Below are positions 15,103-25,267 of a DNA stretch of 64,000 nt, piece by piece; positions within the stretch are counted from its first letter, which is position 1; the number at the start of each line of letters is the position of its first letter. A program made the position numbers and the translations under genes. The notes beneath the pieces were generated by a model. The model saw only the letters and a list, made by a program, of their open reading frames with translations, did not search any database and was not told where the DNA came from. Where the stretch lies: assembly GCA_047947105.1 (NCBI GenBank), contig CP170456.1, forward strand, positions 888,530 through 952,529, in the 5' to 3' direction. Source of the DNA: Fluviicola sp. Lineage in GTDB: Bacteria; Bacteroidota; Bacteroidia; Flavobacteriales_D; Crocinitomicaceae.

Positions 15103-16321
15103 GATGCAAAGATAGCGTGTAATCAAGTACATCGCGCCAACCTTTCCAATGATTATACTCTCCTATTGTTTCGTTATGCCATATAAACCGGAAAGTACCT
15201 CCAAATCGCTTCACCTCTTCATATAATGCGTGAATTTGCTTCTTCGCATCCTCAGGAGATAAATGCAAGTATTCGTTTAAAGTGCCATCCATGTAAACAA
15301 AAGGATGAACTGTCAACTCGGTAATTCTTTCTTCCAGCAAGTCGTACCAGGGAAAAGAACGTGCTGTTCCCGCTCGAAAACCTACTCCATCAGCAAAACC
15401 CATTGAGTATTCATGGCGGATTCCTACATTTATTAAGGTGCGGTAGGATTCGGGCAGCTGAAATCGCAAAAAATGCTGGCGGCTACAAGTCACCTCTTTT
15501 CCGATAATGCTTTCTAACGTTCTGAGTTCTTTATCGACGAGGGGTGCAGAACAGTACGATTTGTGTGATGGATGAATTCCAAGTGTAGCCAATTCGGAAA
15601 GGTTACGAATCAAGCTTTGATGCTTGGGCAGACTCACATCTAAATTCCGATCGAATTTGCCATGACTTTCAACCAACCAAAAAACACGCGTTGGAAATTG
15701 TTGAGCAATTTTAGAAATGTCCTCAAACGTGTCATAAGGATCCTTACCTCCATTTTCAACATCTTTGCGCTCCCGAAGGCGCTGCTTGTTATTTTGCACT
15801 CTATCGCGCATTATAGAAAGTTTCCGACGGAAGCCTTTCTTATAGCGGTATGCGTAGGTGTTGTCAATGTCAAATGTTGGTTCCATACTACACGAATTGA
15901 CTGGCGCTTTCAGCCCTATCTGTTCAATAATCTGCTCTGCCCAGCGATCACAAATAGCTTTATCCAAAAGTCCATAAGCGTTTAATTCACTTTGCTCTGC
16001 CGTGAATCTGTCGTGATGATCCCAGGTAGTTGCCGTGTACTCCTCCATTCGCGTTAATACGTAAAAAATGGAAGCCAGAAGGTCTATTTTTTCATCGAAG
16101 ATGTACACTTCCTCGTCCTTATCGAAAGGAGGTCTACGCTCTAAATTTTCGCTATATAAGAGTGTTGACGCCCCGTTATCTAGAGTGTAGACAAAATCTG
16201 CCGACTCCTCGCTTAGAACAAGCTCGTAATCAAAATCGCGCTGCTTAAAGATGAAATCGCACACGTATTTCAATCGCGGCGTAATCTTTTCTACCTTTAT
16301 TTTTATGCTAGCTCTAGACAA
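15095..16321 (-). CDS. hypothetical protein, possibly polysaccharide deacetylase-like
   Basis: The 408-aa ORF resembles Bacteroidota proteins annotated as polysaccharide deacetylase family ('ITPRLKYVCDFIF' N-terminus, 'FRFIWHNETI' C-terminus). This rests on memory only. Confidence 0.4.
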   Translation of the reverse strand: MSRASIKIKVEKITPRLKYVCDFIFKQRDFDYELVLSEESADFVYTLDNGASTLLYSENLERRPPFDKDEEVYIFDEKIDLLASIFYVLTRMEEYTATTWDHHDRFTAEQSELNAYGLLDKAICDRWAEQIIEQIGLKAPVNSCSMEPTFDIDNTYAYRYKKGFRRKLSIMRDRVQNNKQRLRERKDVENGGKDPYDTFEDISKIAQQFPTRVFWLVESHGKFDRNLDVSLPKHQSLIRNLSELATLGIHPSHKSYCSAPLVDKELRTLESIIGKEVTCSRQHFLRFQLPESYRTLINVGIRHEYSMGFADGVGFRAGTARSFPWYDLLEERITELTVHPFVYMDGTLNEYLHLSPEDAKKQIHALYEEVKRFGGTFRFIWHNETIGEYNHWKGWRDVLDYTLSLHHE

Positions 16322-16327
16322 CGTGTT

Positions 16328-17026
16328 TTATAATCTTCCTTCGTCGGCAAAACTAAAGTAATTATTTCCAGCAACGATAATGTGATCTAGAATTTGCACA
16401 TCGATGTACTCTCCGAACTTTTTAAGCGATGATGTAAGTTGAATGTCTGCCATGCTTGGCGAAGCGTTTCCACTCGGATGATTATGGGCCAAAATAATTC
16501 CCGAAGCTTTTGTTTCGAGTCCGTAGTTGAATATGACCTTGCCATCTGCTACAGTGCCTGAGATTCCTCCTTTTGAAATTTGCTTTATGTTCAGAACCCG
16601 ATTGCCTCGACTTAAATAAACGGCATAAAACTCTTCATGATCTAAATCCATGAACAAGGGCGCTATTATTTGGTAAGCATCCCCAGAGCATTTGACGAGT
16701 TCTTTATCGACTGTTTTGCTTTGTTGGCGTCTACGGACGAGTTCCATCACGGCTAAAATTTCTGTTGCCTTGGTTTTCCCAACACCAGGATATTTGATTA
16801 ATTCTCCGATGGATTTCCGTGCCAAACGGTGTAAGTCATTATCCACACTATCCAAGATGGAGCGTGCAATGTCTAGTGCACTCAGTTTTGGTGTTCCGGA
16901 TCGAAGTATAATGGCTAGTAACTCGGCGTTCGTAAGTGATTTCCTACCCTGGCTTTGCAGTTTCTCTCTTGGTTGTTCATCCGATGACCAATCTTTCATG
17001 GGTTTGCGCAATGCAATTTCTTTCAT
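16328..17026 (-). CDS. radC: RadC-family JAB/MPN domain protein
   Basis: HhH region 'LSNAELLAIILRSGT' and JAMM motif 'ILAHNHPSGNASPSMADIQLT'. Confidence 0.85.
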   Translation of the reverse strand: MKEIALRKPMKDWSSDEQPREKLQSQGRKSLTNAELLAIILRSGTPKLSALDIARSILDSVDNDLHRLARKSIGELIKYPGVGKTKATEILAVMELVRRRQQSKTVDKELVKCSGDAYQIIAPLFMDLDHEEFYAVYLSRGNRVLNIKQISKGGISGTVADGKVIFNYGLETKASGIILAHNHPSGNASPSMADIQLTSSLKKFGEYIDVQILDHIIVAGNNYFSFADEGRL

Positions 17027-17108
17027 TCTTCATTTTTTCGACAATTAACCATGGATACTTTCCTGAATATACGTTTTTTCTTTCGGTTTTTCAAACTAAT
17101 TTAACCCC

Positions 17109-18203
17109 ATGCAATACATTTTTACCCTTCTTTTCATCGGTATCAATTTGATAGGTTTTTCTCAAAGTTTTTCACTTGATAACTTTCTATCCAACAATGA
17201 AGAATTAGACAGAAAAGTCGATAGTATTTTCCACAATCTCAATGCTCACGATCGAGTTTCCCAGCTAATCATGCCTGCCGTTGGTCGATATGGATCACCT
17301 GAAGACACCATAAAAGCACTTATCCGAGAGAAAAAAATTGGTGGTGTCTTGCTGCTAAACGGAACGACGGATCAGTTTAAGAATTGGACTTCTGAGTACA
17401 ATGAAATGAACGTTGAGTTGAATGCGTTGCCATTCCTGTATTCAGCTGATGCGGAACCGAGTCTGGTGAACAGAAAAATGATGGGCTCTCGTGCCGTTCC
17501 AAAGGCGAATCAAATTGTTTCTCACGAACAACTTATTGAAACGGCGACAATTATCTCAGAGGACTTGAATGATGTGGGAATCAACTATAATTTCGCGCCA
17601 GTGGTGGATGTTGCAAAAAACAAAACCGTTGGATATCGTGGTTTTGGCAGTAAACCTGAAAATATTCTTCCCTTTTCAGAGGCATTTATACAAACCACGC
17701 AAGAGCATAACATCATCGCAACTGCCAAACATTTTCCGGGTCATGGTTTGGTTTCCGGAGATACGCACAAAAGTCTTCAGGTCATCGATGGGGATTTAAA
17801 AGAACTGGAGAATTATCCCCCGCTTATCGAGGCTGGTGTACTGTCCATCATGGTTGCACACATCGCTATTAAAAACAACGATTCCTATAACACAGAAGGT
17901 TTTCCTGCCACATTATCTGAGTCCGTAGTATCCCATTTGTTGCGTGATAGCTTAGGTTTCGAGGGGCTCATTGTAACCGATGCGCTGAACATGGGCGGCG
18001 TGGTTCATTTCGAAGATGTCTCAATAAAAGCAGTCGATGCTGGATGTGACATTCTTCTGATGCCCGTGAGTGCATCAAAATCTCATGCAGAACTACTCAA
18101 AAAATACAATGAGGAGCAAGGATTTCAAGAAAAAGTCAACACATCTTGTAAACGCATTATTCGTATGAAAGTATGTTTGGGTCTGATAGATTCCGAAGAT
18201 TAA
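17109..18203 (+). CDS. glycoside hydrolase family 3 N-terminal domain protein (NagZ-like beta-N-acetylhexosaminidase), secreted
   Basis: Signal peptide present. 'KHFPGHGLVSGDTH' and 'VTDALNMGG' are GH3 motifs. Confidence 0.75.
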   Translation: MQYIFTLLFIGINLIGFSQSFSLDNFLSNNEELDRKVDSIFHNLNAHDRVSQLIMPAVGRYGSPEDTIKALIREKKIGGVLLLNGTTDQFKNWTSEYNEMNVELNALPFLYSADAEPSLVNRKMMGSRAVPKANQIVSHEQLIETATIISEDLNDVGINYNFAPVVDVAKNKTVGYRGFGSKPENILPFSEAFIQTTQEHNIIATAKHFPGHGLVSGDTHKSLQVIDGDLKELENYPPLIEAGVLSIMVAHIAIKNNDSYNTEGFPATLSESVVSHLLRDSLGFEGLIVTDALNMGGVVHFEDVSIKAVDAGCDILLMPVSASKSHAELLKKYNEEQGFQEKVNTSCKRIIRMKVCLGLIDSED

Positions 18204-18262
18204 TTTCTCTGGAAATTGATCGCTAATTTGCATTTCATCGTTGTAATCGTAACTTTGAGTTA

Positions 18263-19027
18263 ATGTCGACACAACATTTAGATAACATTATAAACGCTTT
18301 CGAACCCATTCATTTAGAAGAAATGAGTGCAACGGAATTGATGAATCGCGTCGACACAAAATTTGTCATTACCCTAAATCAATTGCTACTAGTGCTGCCG
18401 GAATTACAGAGGCACTACAAAATTTTGGAAGTAGAAGGTTTGCGACTTCCTCAGTATGAAAGCGAGTATTATGATAACGATACCTTAGACTTCTACATCG
18501 ACCACCACCGCAAGAAAGTGGATCGCTTCAAGGTTCGTTTTAGGAAATATGTAGAGTCCGACCTTTCTTTTCTGGAAGTAAAACATAAAAGTAAGGGCAG
18601 AACGGACAAACAACGAATCATGGTGCAGGACTTGCCTGGCGTCATGAACAAGGAACACTTCGATTTTGTAAAAAGTACGGGAGTGCAAAAAGAGAACCTG
18701 AATTATATTCTAACCAATAAATTTCACCGCATTACGCTTGTTGGAAAAAATCATGTAGAGCGACTGACATTCGACCTAAACCTCGAGTTCAATGGCAATA
18801 ACACTACAAAAATGATGAACAACCTGGTCATTGCAGAACTAAAACAAGAACGGCTTTCACGGCAGTCGCCATTTTATAAAGTGGTGAAAAGCATGATGAT
18901 CCGCCCGTATCGAATTAGTAAATACTGTATTGGCGTCATAGAACTTTATGGTAAGGAGAACGTAAAATACAATCGATTTAAAAAGAAATTGCTCAAACTA
19001 AATAAACTACAAGCCAATGTTGCTTAA
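18263..19027 (+). CDS. VTC (polyphosphate polymerase-like) domain protein
   Basis: 'RVDTKFVI', 'YYDN', 'RFKVRFRKY' and 'FLEVKHKSKGRTDKQR' match the triphosphate-tunnel VTC domain pattern. Confidence 0.65.
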   Translation: MSTQHLDNIINAFEPIHLEEMSATELMNRVDTKFVITLNQLLLVLPELQRHYKILEVEGLRLPQYESEYYDNDTLDFYIDHHRKKVDRFKVRFRKYVESDLSFLEVKHKSKGRTDKQRIMVQDLPGVMNKEHFDFVKSTGVQKENLNYILTNKFHRITLVGKNHVERLTFDLNLEFNGNNTTKMMNNLVIAELKQERLSRQSPFYKVVKSMMIRPYRISKYCIGVIELYGKENVKYNRFKKKLLKLNKLQANVA

Positions 19028-19679
19028 AGCCGCACCCGAATCGTCGATGGAGGAATTACTAAACATTACCTGGTTCGATGATGACCTTTACAAGTTACTA
19101 TTCAGACTAGGAGTTAACGTTATTTTCCTCACAATAATCATTCGTTACTTGTACTACCCTAGTAAAAGACGAAAGGATTATTTGTTCACCTATTACCTTA
19201 TCGGATTCATTACCTTTTTTCTTTGTTTCGCGCTCAAAAAGTTCAACATTGACACGGGAATGGGACTTGGACTCTTTGCCATTTTTGGAATTATAAGATA
19301 CCGAACCGATGCCATTGAAATTAAGGAGATGACTTATCTCTTCCTGGTGATTGGCGTCAGTGTCGTAAACTCCTTAGCCTCCAACAAAATTAGTATAGCG
19401 GAAATGGCCGTTATCAATATTTTCATTGTAGCAATGACCTTCGGTTTGGAGCGCCTTTGGTTAGTGAAGCACGAAACGCGAAAAACGATTACGTACGAAC
19501 GAATCGATCTTATCCGCCCAGAAAGCTATGAGGAAATGAAGGCAGACCTGGAAGAACGTACAGGACTTTCCATAAACCGTGTGGAAGTTGGTAAAATTAA
19601 CTTCTTGGATGACACCGCTCAGGTAAGAATTTATTACTTTGACGACGATCAGGCTTTTTCTGATTACAGTACTAATTAA
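19017..19679 (+). CDS. DUF4956 domain membrane protein
   Basis: Overlaps the VTC gene by 11 nt. Three or four TM helices followed by a soluble tail. This is the usual partner of bacterial VTC genes. Confidence 0.55.
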   Translation: MLLKAAPESSMEELLNITWFDDDLYKLLFRLGVNVIFLTIIIRYLYYPSKRRKDYLFTYYLIGFITFFLCFALKKFNIDTGMGLGLFAIFGIIRYRTDAIEIKEMTYLFLVIGVSVVNSLASNKISIAEMAVINIFIVAMTFGLERLWLVKHETRKTITYERIDLIRPESYEEMKADLEERTGLSINRVEVGKINFLDDTAQVRIYYFDDDQAFSDYSTN

Positions 19680-19688
19680 TCGTCGCCG

Positions 19689-20720
19689 ATGAAGTCCATT
19701 CGCTGGGCACTTATTCCTTTTGCTTTGCTGTATGGTATTGCTACCAGCTTTAGAAACTGGTTGTTCAATATTGGATGGAAAAAATCATACGAAATTCCCG
19801 GAAAGTCTATCACCGTAGGTAATCTTTCTGTGGGTGGAACAGGGAAGTCGCCATTGGTAAATTACTTAATTGAGCATTTTCTTAAAGAAGAGTTCCCAGT
19901 GGCTACGCTAAGTCGTGGGTATGGCAGAAAAACCAAAGGACTCCTAACCGCTGGAAAAGAAGATACCGCAGCTTCCATTGGGGACGAACCGCTCCAGTAC
20001 TTGCATCGCTATCAAAATCAAATTTCAGTGCACGTTTCCGAAGCACGAAAAGCAGGTGTAGATCACATTCGAAGGACTTTAAACGAAAAAACCATCATAC
20101 TCCTTGATGATGCCTTCCAGCACAGGAAAGTAAAAGCGGGATTGAATATCCTTGTAACAGAATTTCATCGCCCTTACTCTCGTGACTTTCTCTTACCTGT
20201 CGGTAGACTACGAGAATCGAAATCTGGAGCCAACAGGGCTGATCTGATTATTGTCTCCAAATGTCCGGGCAACGTTTCAGAGTCGGAAAAACAGAAGCTT
20301 TCTATGGAATTAGCCCAAAACGAGCAGCCTGTTTTCTTTTCATCTATAAAGTATGGCGCATTGACACAGATTTCAGGAACACAGCCTAATACCGTCAAAA
20401 ACATACTCCTGGTCACTGGAATTGGAAATCCCACCCCACTTTTAGAACACTTGAAATTGAACTATAACGTTATACACGTAAAGTTTCCCGATCACCACGC
20501 GTTTACTAGGGTTGACATCGATACCATTCATCAAAAATTTAATACTTTTGCTAGCCGTGATAAAATCATTGTTACAACCGAAAAAGATTTCATGCGATTG
20601 CAGCAATTCAATGAAATTTCAGAAGGTTCTGTTCCTTGGTTTTATCAACCTATAAATATTATGATCAACGAAGAATCGAAACTTAAGAAGCTACTAAACG
20701 ACTATGTTAGAAAAAATTAA
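19689..20720 (+). CDS. lpxK: tetraacyldisaccharide 4'-kinase
   Basis: 'VGNLSVGGTGKSP' P-loop, 'LSRGYGR' and 'ILLDDAFQH'. Confidence 0.85.
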   Translation: MKSIRWALIPFALLYGIATSFRNWLFNIGWKKSYEIPGKSITVGNLSVGGTGKSPLVNYLIEHFLKEEFPVATLSRGYGRKTKGLLTAGKEDTAASIGDEPLQYLHRYQNQISVHVSEARKAGVDHIRRTLNEKTIILLDDAFQHRKVKAGLNILVTEFHRPYSRDFLLPVGRLRESKSGANRADLIIVSKCPGNVSESEKQKLSMELAQNEQPVFFSSIKYGALTQISGTQPNTVKNILLVTGIGNPTPLLEHLKLNYNVIHVKFPDHHAFTRVDIDTIHQKFNTFASRDKIIVTTEKDFMRLQQFNEISEGSVPWFYQPINIMINEESKLKKLLNDYVRKN

Positions 20721-21516
20721 AGATGCGTACGATTATATCCAGTCGCGAACTTCAGTAAAACCAACTGTTGGAATCATCCTTGGAACAGGATTGGGTGGAT
20801 TGGTAAAAGAAATTGAAATCGTAGATGAAATAGAATACAAAGATATTCCCCACTTTCCACTTTCCACAGTTCAAAGTCATAGCGGGAAATTGATTTTTGG
20901 AAATCTTGGTGGAAAAACGGTAGTTGCCATGCAAGGTCGCTTCCATTTTTATGAAGGTTACACCATGCAAGAGGTTACTTTCCCAGTGAGAGTAATGAAA
21001 TTTTTGGGCATCGAACGCTTGTTTGTAAGCAACGCCTCAGGAGGGGTGAACCCCGATTTCGAGATTGGTGAAATCATGGTCTTGAATGATCATATCAACC
21101 TTTTCCCAGCACATCCTTTGATCGGAAAGAACATTGACGAACTGGGACCACGTTTTCCTGACATGAGTCAACCGTATGATCGTGGTATGATCGCTTTAGC
21201 AGAGGAAATTGCGAAAGAAAAAGATATCAAAATAAGCACTGGTGTATATGCTGGACTTACTGGGCCAACTTTGGAAACGCCAGCAGAATACAAATACGTA
21301 CGCGTCATCGGTGCAGATACCGTAGGAATGTCTACCGTTCCTGAAGTAATTGTTGCGCGTCACATGGACATTCCTTGTTTCGCCATTTCAATCATTACAG
21401 ATTTGGGCGTTCCAGGTCACATTCAAGAAGTAAGCGTGGAAGATGTAATCGCAGTAGCAAATGCCAAAGAGCCTTCCATGACAATAATAATGAGAGAATT
21501 AATTTCAAGAGTCTAA
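20704..21516 (+). CDS. purine nucleoside phosphorylase (PNP/MTAP family)
   Basis: 'GRFHFYEGY', 'NASGGVNP' and 'VGMSTVPEV'. Confidence 0.85.
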   Translation: MLEKIKDAYDYIQSRTSVKPTVGIILGTGLGGLVKEIEIVDEIEYKDIPHFPLSTVQSHSGKLIFGNLGGKTVVAMQGRFHFYEGYTMQEVTFPVRVMKFLGIERLFVSNASGGVNPDFEIGEIMVLNDHINLFPAHPLIGKNIDELGPRFPDMSQPYDRGMIALAEEIAKEKDIKISTGVYAGLTGPTLETPAEYKYVRVIGADTVGMSTVPEVIVARHMDIPCFAISIITDLGVPGHIQEVSVEDVIAVANAKEPSMTIIMRELISRV

Positions 21517-22977
21517 ATGAATCCAGAAACGCGTTCAAAATATCAGGCTGTCATCGGTTTAGAGGTACACGCTCAAATGTTGACCAAAACCAAGGCGTAC
21601 TCAAACGATGTTAATGAATACGGTGCCACTCCAAACACCAATGTGAGTGCAATCACGCTTGGCCATCCAGGAACATTGCCACGTATGAACAAGCAAACCA
21701 TTCAATATGCCATCCGTTTGGGATTGGCGTGTGATTCAAACATTGCAGGGGAGCAACATTTTGCGCGAAAAAATTATTTCTACCCAGATCTTCCTAAAGG
21801 ATATCAGATTACACAAGACACCACCCCTATTTGCACAGGTGGTCGTATCATTATTAAGGATGAACACGGCGAAGAGAAAAGCATCGGCATCACCCGTATT
21901 CACATGGAGGAAGATGCAGGGAAAAGTATGCACGATGTGGATTTGTATGATACACTAGTTGATTTGAATCGTGCTGGGGTTCCCTTGTTAGAAATTGTTT
22001 CTGAGCCTGACATTCGTTCTTCTCAAGAAGCTTACAACTATGTTTCGGAGGTACGTAAACTGGTACGTTATTTGGGGATTTGTGACGGAAACATGGAGGA
22101 AGGATCTTTGCGTTGCGATGCCAATATTTCAGTAATGTTGAAGGACGCCAAAGAGTATGGAACAAAGGTAGAGGTTAAGAACATGAACTCTATTCGGAAT
22201 GTTCAGAAAGCGATAGAATTTGAAATAGCCCGTCAAATTGAAGCCATCGAAGCAGGAGAAACCATTGCACAAGAAACGCGTTCTTTTGATGCTTTAAAAG
22301 GTATCACAATTTCCATGCGATCGAAAGAAGCTGCCAACGATTATCGCTACTTCCCCGAACCGGATTTATTGCCAATTACCGTAAGTCAGGAACAAATTGA
22401 GGCTGTTAAAGGCAACATGCCACCACTTCCCAGAGAATTGTTCGTAAAGTACACGAAAGAATTTGGATTGTCTGAATATGATGCTTATAATCTAACGGAT
22501 AATAAAGACATCGCCTTGTTTTACGAGCAAATCATAGAGCATACGAAAAACTACAAAGGAGCCGCCAATTGGGTTATGGGAGATATCAAATCTTTCTTGA
22601 ACAACCGCGGATTGGAAATTTCAGAGTTCCCGATTCCAGCAAAGAACGTTGCTGCTTTAATTCAAATTATTGATGACAGTAAGATTTCGTCTTCTGCAGC
22701 GTCTCAGAAAGTATTCCCGGCAATGTTGGAAAAACCTCATGCCGAACCTTTGAAAATTGCAGAGGAACTCAATGTGCTCCAGGATTCCAACGAGGATGCT
22801 ATTTTAACGTTTATTGACGAGGTTATTAAGCAACACCCCGAAGAGGTCGCTCGTTATAAAGATGGAGAAAAACAACTGGTTGGATTCTTCATGGGTCAAC
22901 TAATGCGAGCATCCAAAGGACAAGCCGACCCGAAAGTGGCAAACGGCCTGATGCGGAAAAGATTAGAAGAACAATAA
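21517..22977 (+). CDS. gatB: Asp-tRNA(Asn)/Glu-tRNA(Gln) amidotransferase subunit B
   Basis: 'VIGLEVHAQ', 'RKNYFYPDLPKGYQITQ' and 'RCDANISV', plus a C-terminal GatB/YqeY domain. Confidence 0.92.
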   Translation: MNPETRSKYQAVIGLEVHAQMLTKTKAYSNDVNEYGATPNTNVSAITLGHPGTLPRMNKQTIQYAIRLGLACDSNIAGEQHFARKNYFYPDLPKGYQITQDTTPICTGGRIIIKDEHGEEKSIGITRIHMEEDAGKSMHDVDLYDTLVDLNRAGVPLLEIVSEPDIRSSQEAYNYVSEVRKLVRYLGICDGNMEEGSLRCDANISVMLKDAKEYGTKVEVKNMNSIRNVQKAIEFEIARQIEAIEAGETIAQETRSFDALKGITISMRSKEAANDYRYFPEPDLLPITVSQEQIEAVKGNMPPLPRELFVKYTKEFGLSEYDAYNLTDNKDIALFYEQIIEHTKNYKGAANWVMGDIKSFLNNRGLEISEFPIPAKNVAALIQIIDDSKISSSAASQKVFPAMLEKPHAEPLKIAEELNVLQDSNEDAILTFIDEVIKQHPEEVARYKDGEKQLVGFFMGQLMRASKGQADPKVANGLMRKRLEEQ

Positions 22978-24149
22978 TGAAATACGTAATTGCTTTATTT
23001 GTTGGACTGTTTCTGGTTTCATGCGAGACAATGGAGGAGTCTGGAGATACTGAAATGCCGAAGAATGATCTGAAAGATAATTTCTCGATCGCTGGAAAGA
23101 TTCAGAACGGTCAAAACATGACATTCTACCTGGAAGCTCAGTCAAAAAATGGAGTAATTGAAGTTGCCAAGGCCACATCTGATGGTACCGGACGATTTGA
23201 AATGACTGGAAATATTCCTGGATACGGTATTTATAGCCTTCGGATGGGTGAAACCAATGAAAAGGTGATCCCGATGACTTTAGTACCCGACGATGAAGTC
23301 ATGATTGAGGCTTCCTCAGCCTCTTTTAAAACACCTAAAGTAACGGGAACAGACTGGTCCGAGCTCATGACCGAGTACATGAAAATATATCATGAGTTTG
23401 AAAAGGAGAATACACTATTAAAACTGAATCCCGAAAATTTGTCAAAGGAAGAAGTTAACGAAAAGTATCAGGAATTGAGCGGTGAAATTGATAAGTTCAT
23501 CTTTGATAAATTGGACAAAGATCCCGCAAATCCGTTCAATGTAATCTTAATTCCTTCAGCGATTCCGAAACAAGGATTTAACGGCTGGCCCGAAGAAAAT
23601 CTGGTTCGTTTGAAACGTGTAGAACAATCACTTTTAGATCGCTTTCCGAAGTCCAAATACGTGGAGAGTTTAGGATACCAGATTTACCAAATCGAACAGG
23701 AATTTGAAAAATACAAGAATTATCGCTCTGGAACGGTGCCAGCTCCAGATATTGCTTTGCCGAATCCCAAAGGAGAAATAATGCGGTTGTCGGACTTGAA
23801 GGGGCAATATGTTTTGATTGATTTTTGGGCATCTTGGTGCGTTCCATGCCGACAAGAAAATCCTAATGTAGTGCGCCTGTACAACAAATACAAAAACAAA
23901 GGATTCACCATTTATTCTGTTTCGCTTGACAAAGAATTGGAACCTTGGAAAGCTGCCATCGCTTCCGACAATCTAAGTTGGCCCAACCATGTCAGCGATT
24001 TGAAGTATTGGGATTCACCCGTAATTCAACAATATGGATTTTCAGGAATTCCTTTCACTGTCTTACTAAACAAGGAGGGCAATTTTATCGCTGTCAACCT
24101 GCGCGGAGAAGAATTGGAACAGAAATTGGAAGAAATATTCGAAAACTAA
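22977..24149 (+). CDS. TlpA-like thiol-disulfide oxidoreductase lipoprotein (thioredoxin fold)
   Basis: Lipobox 'LFLVSC' and active site 'DFWASWCVPCRQENP'. Confidence 0.8.
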   Translation: MKYVIALFVGLFLVSCETMEESGDTEMPKNDLKDNFSIAGKIQNGQNMTFYLEAQSKNGVIEVAKATSDGTGRFEMTGNIPGYGIYSLRMGETNEKVIPMTLVPDDEVMIEASSASFKTPKVTGTDWSELMTEYMKIYHEFEKENTLLKLNPENLSKEEVNEKYQELSGEIDKFIFDKLDKDPANPFNVILIPSAIPKQGFNGWPEENLVRLKRVEQSLLDRFPKSKYVESLGYQIYQIEQEFEKYKNYRSGTVPAPDIALPNPKGEIMRLSDLKGQYVLIDFWASWCVPCRQENPNVVRLYNKYKNKGFTIYSVSLDKELEPWKAAIASDNLSWPNHVSDLKYWDSPVIQQYGFSGIPFTVLLNKEGNFIAVNLRGEELEQKLEEIFEN

Positions 24150-24157
24150 CGAAAAGT

Positions 24158-25267
24158 ATGAAGTGGATATCACTAGCATTGTTTGTGGGACTTGTTTCAC
24201 TCACAAATGCTCAACAAATAGAAGTAATCGTCTCAGGAAACATTTTTAATTCGGAAGCGGACTCTGTTTTCCTCTCCCAAAAGTCAGGAGATCAATTCAT
24301 CAACATTGAAGGAGCAAAATTCAAGAAAAATGGAGATTTTGAGATCAAAACAAGTGTTCCAAGCCCAGATTTCTATTCTTTACGTTTTGGAGATTCTCAA
24401 ATAAACCTAATTCTAAGAAAAGGTTCAGACATCAAGGTGTATGGTGACGGCGCGAACATCGGTCAGTTCTGTAATATCGTTGGATCTGATGAGTCTGTAA
24501 GCATGAATAACTTCACACGCGAAAAAGATGCCTGGATTGCCTATGTCGATTCGGTAAATGCTGTTATTGCAGCAGATCCTAGTCAACAAGCAGCGCTTCG
24601 ATCTCAATTCCAGCAGAAGCAGCAACAATATCAGGCTGTTGTAAGAGCATTCGTTCAAGCCAATCAAAATTCCGCTGCCTTGTACGCTATTCAATCCATA
24701 ATTGACCCAAAAGTTGATTTTGAAGGGTACGAAAACATCACGAAGCAATTAATGGCAGGATTCAGCGAGTCTCCAACAGTTCAGGCCGAGTACAGTAAAA
24801 TGGAAAAACTGAAGGAAGAGATGCTTGCCAAAGATCCATTGGCACCAGGAAAAATGGCTCCAGACTTTACCGAAGCTATGCCTGATGGTGAAATGTTATC
24901 GCTTTCGGACTTGCGCGGAAATGTTGTTCTGTTAGATTTCTGGGCATCTTGGTGTGGACCTTGTAGACGCGAAAACCCAAATGTGGTAGCGCTTTACGAA
25001 AAATACAAAGACAAAGGTTTTACTGTAATGAGCGTGTCGCTTGATAAAGACAAAAACAAATGGTTGAATGCTATTGAAAAGGACAATCTTTCATGGCCCA
25101 ACCATGTCAGCGATTTACAATTTTGGCAAAGCAAAGCCGCAAAACTTTACGGCGTTTCAGGAATTCCTTTTACCGTTCTAATTGATCAGGAAGGAAAAAT
25201 TATTCGAACAAAACTACGCGGACCTCAATTGGAAGAGGAACTATCTCGTATTTTAGGTGATTCATGA
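24158..25267 (+). CDS. TlpA-like thiol-disulfide oxidoreductase (paralogue of the previous gene)
   Basis: Active site 'DFWASWCGPCRRENP'. I trimmed the start to MKWISLALFVGLVSLTNAQ (24158). The track start at 23945 overlaps the upstream gene by 205 nt and lacks a signal peptide. Confidence 0.8.
   Translation: MKWISLALFVGLVSLTNAQQIEVIVSGNIFNSEADSVFLSQKSGDQFINIEGAKFKKNGDFEIKTSVPSPDFYSLRFGDSQINLILRKGSDIKVYGDGANIGQFCNIVGSDESVSMNNFTREKDAWIAYVDSVNAVIAADPSQQAALRSQFQQKQQQYQAVVRAFVQANQNSAALYAIQSIIDPKVDFEGYENITKQLMAGFSESPTVQAEYSKMEKLKEEMLAKDPLAPGKMAPDFTEAMPDGEMLSLSDLRGNVVLLDFWASWCGPCRRENPNVVALYEKYKDKGFTVMSVSLDKDKNKWLNAIEKDNLSWPNHVSDLQFWQSKAAKLYGVSGIPFTVLIDQEGKIIRTKLRGPQLEEELSRILGDS

Noticed and set aside
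23945-24157. 5' extension of the second TlpA-like ORF
   Set aside because: It overlaps the preceding gene by about 200 nt in another frame and encodes an Arg/Cys-rich peptide. The internal start at 24158 gives a signal peptide.
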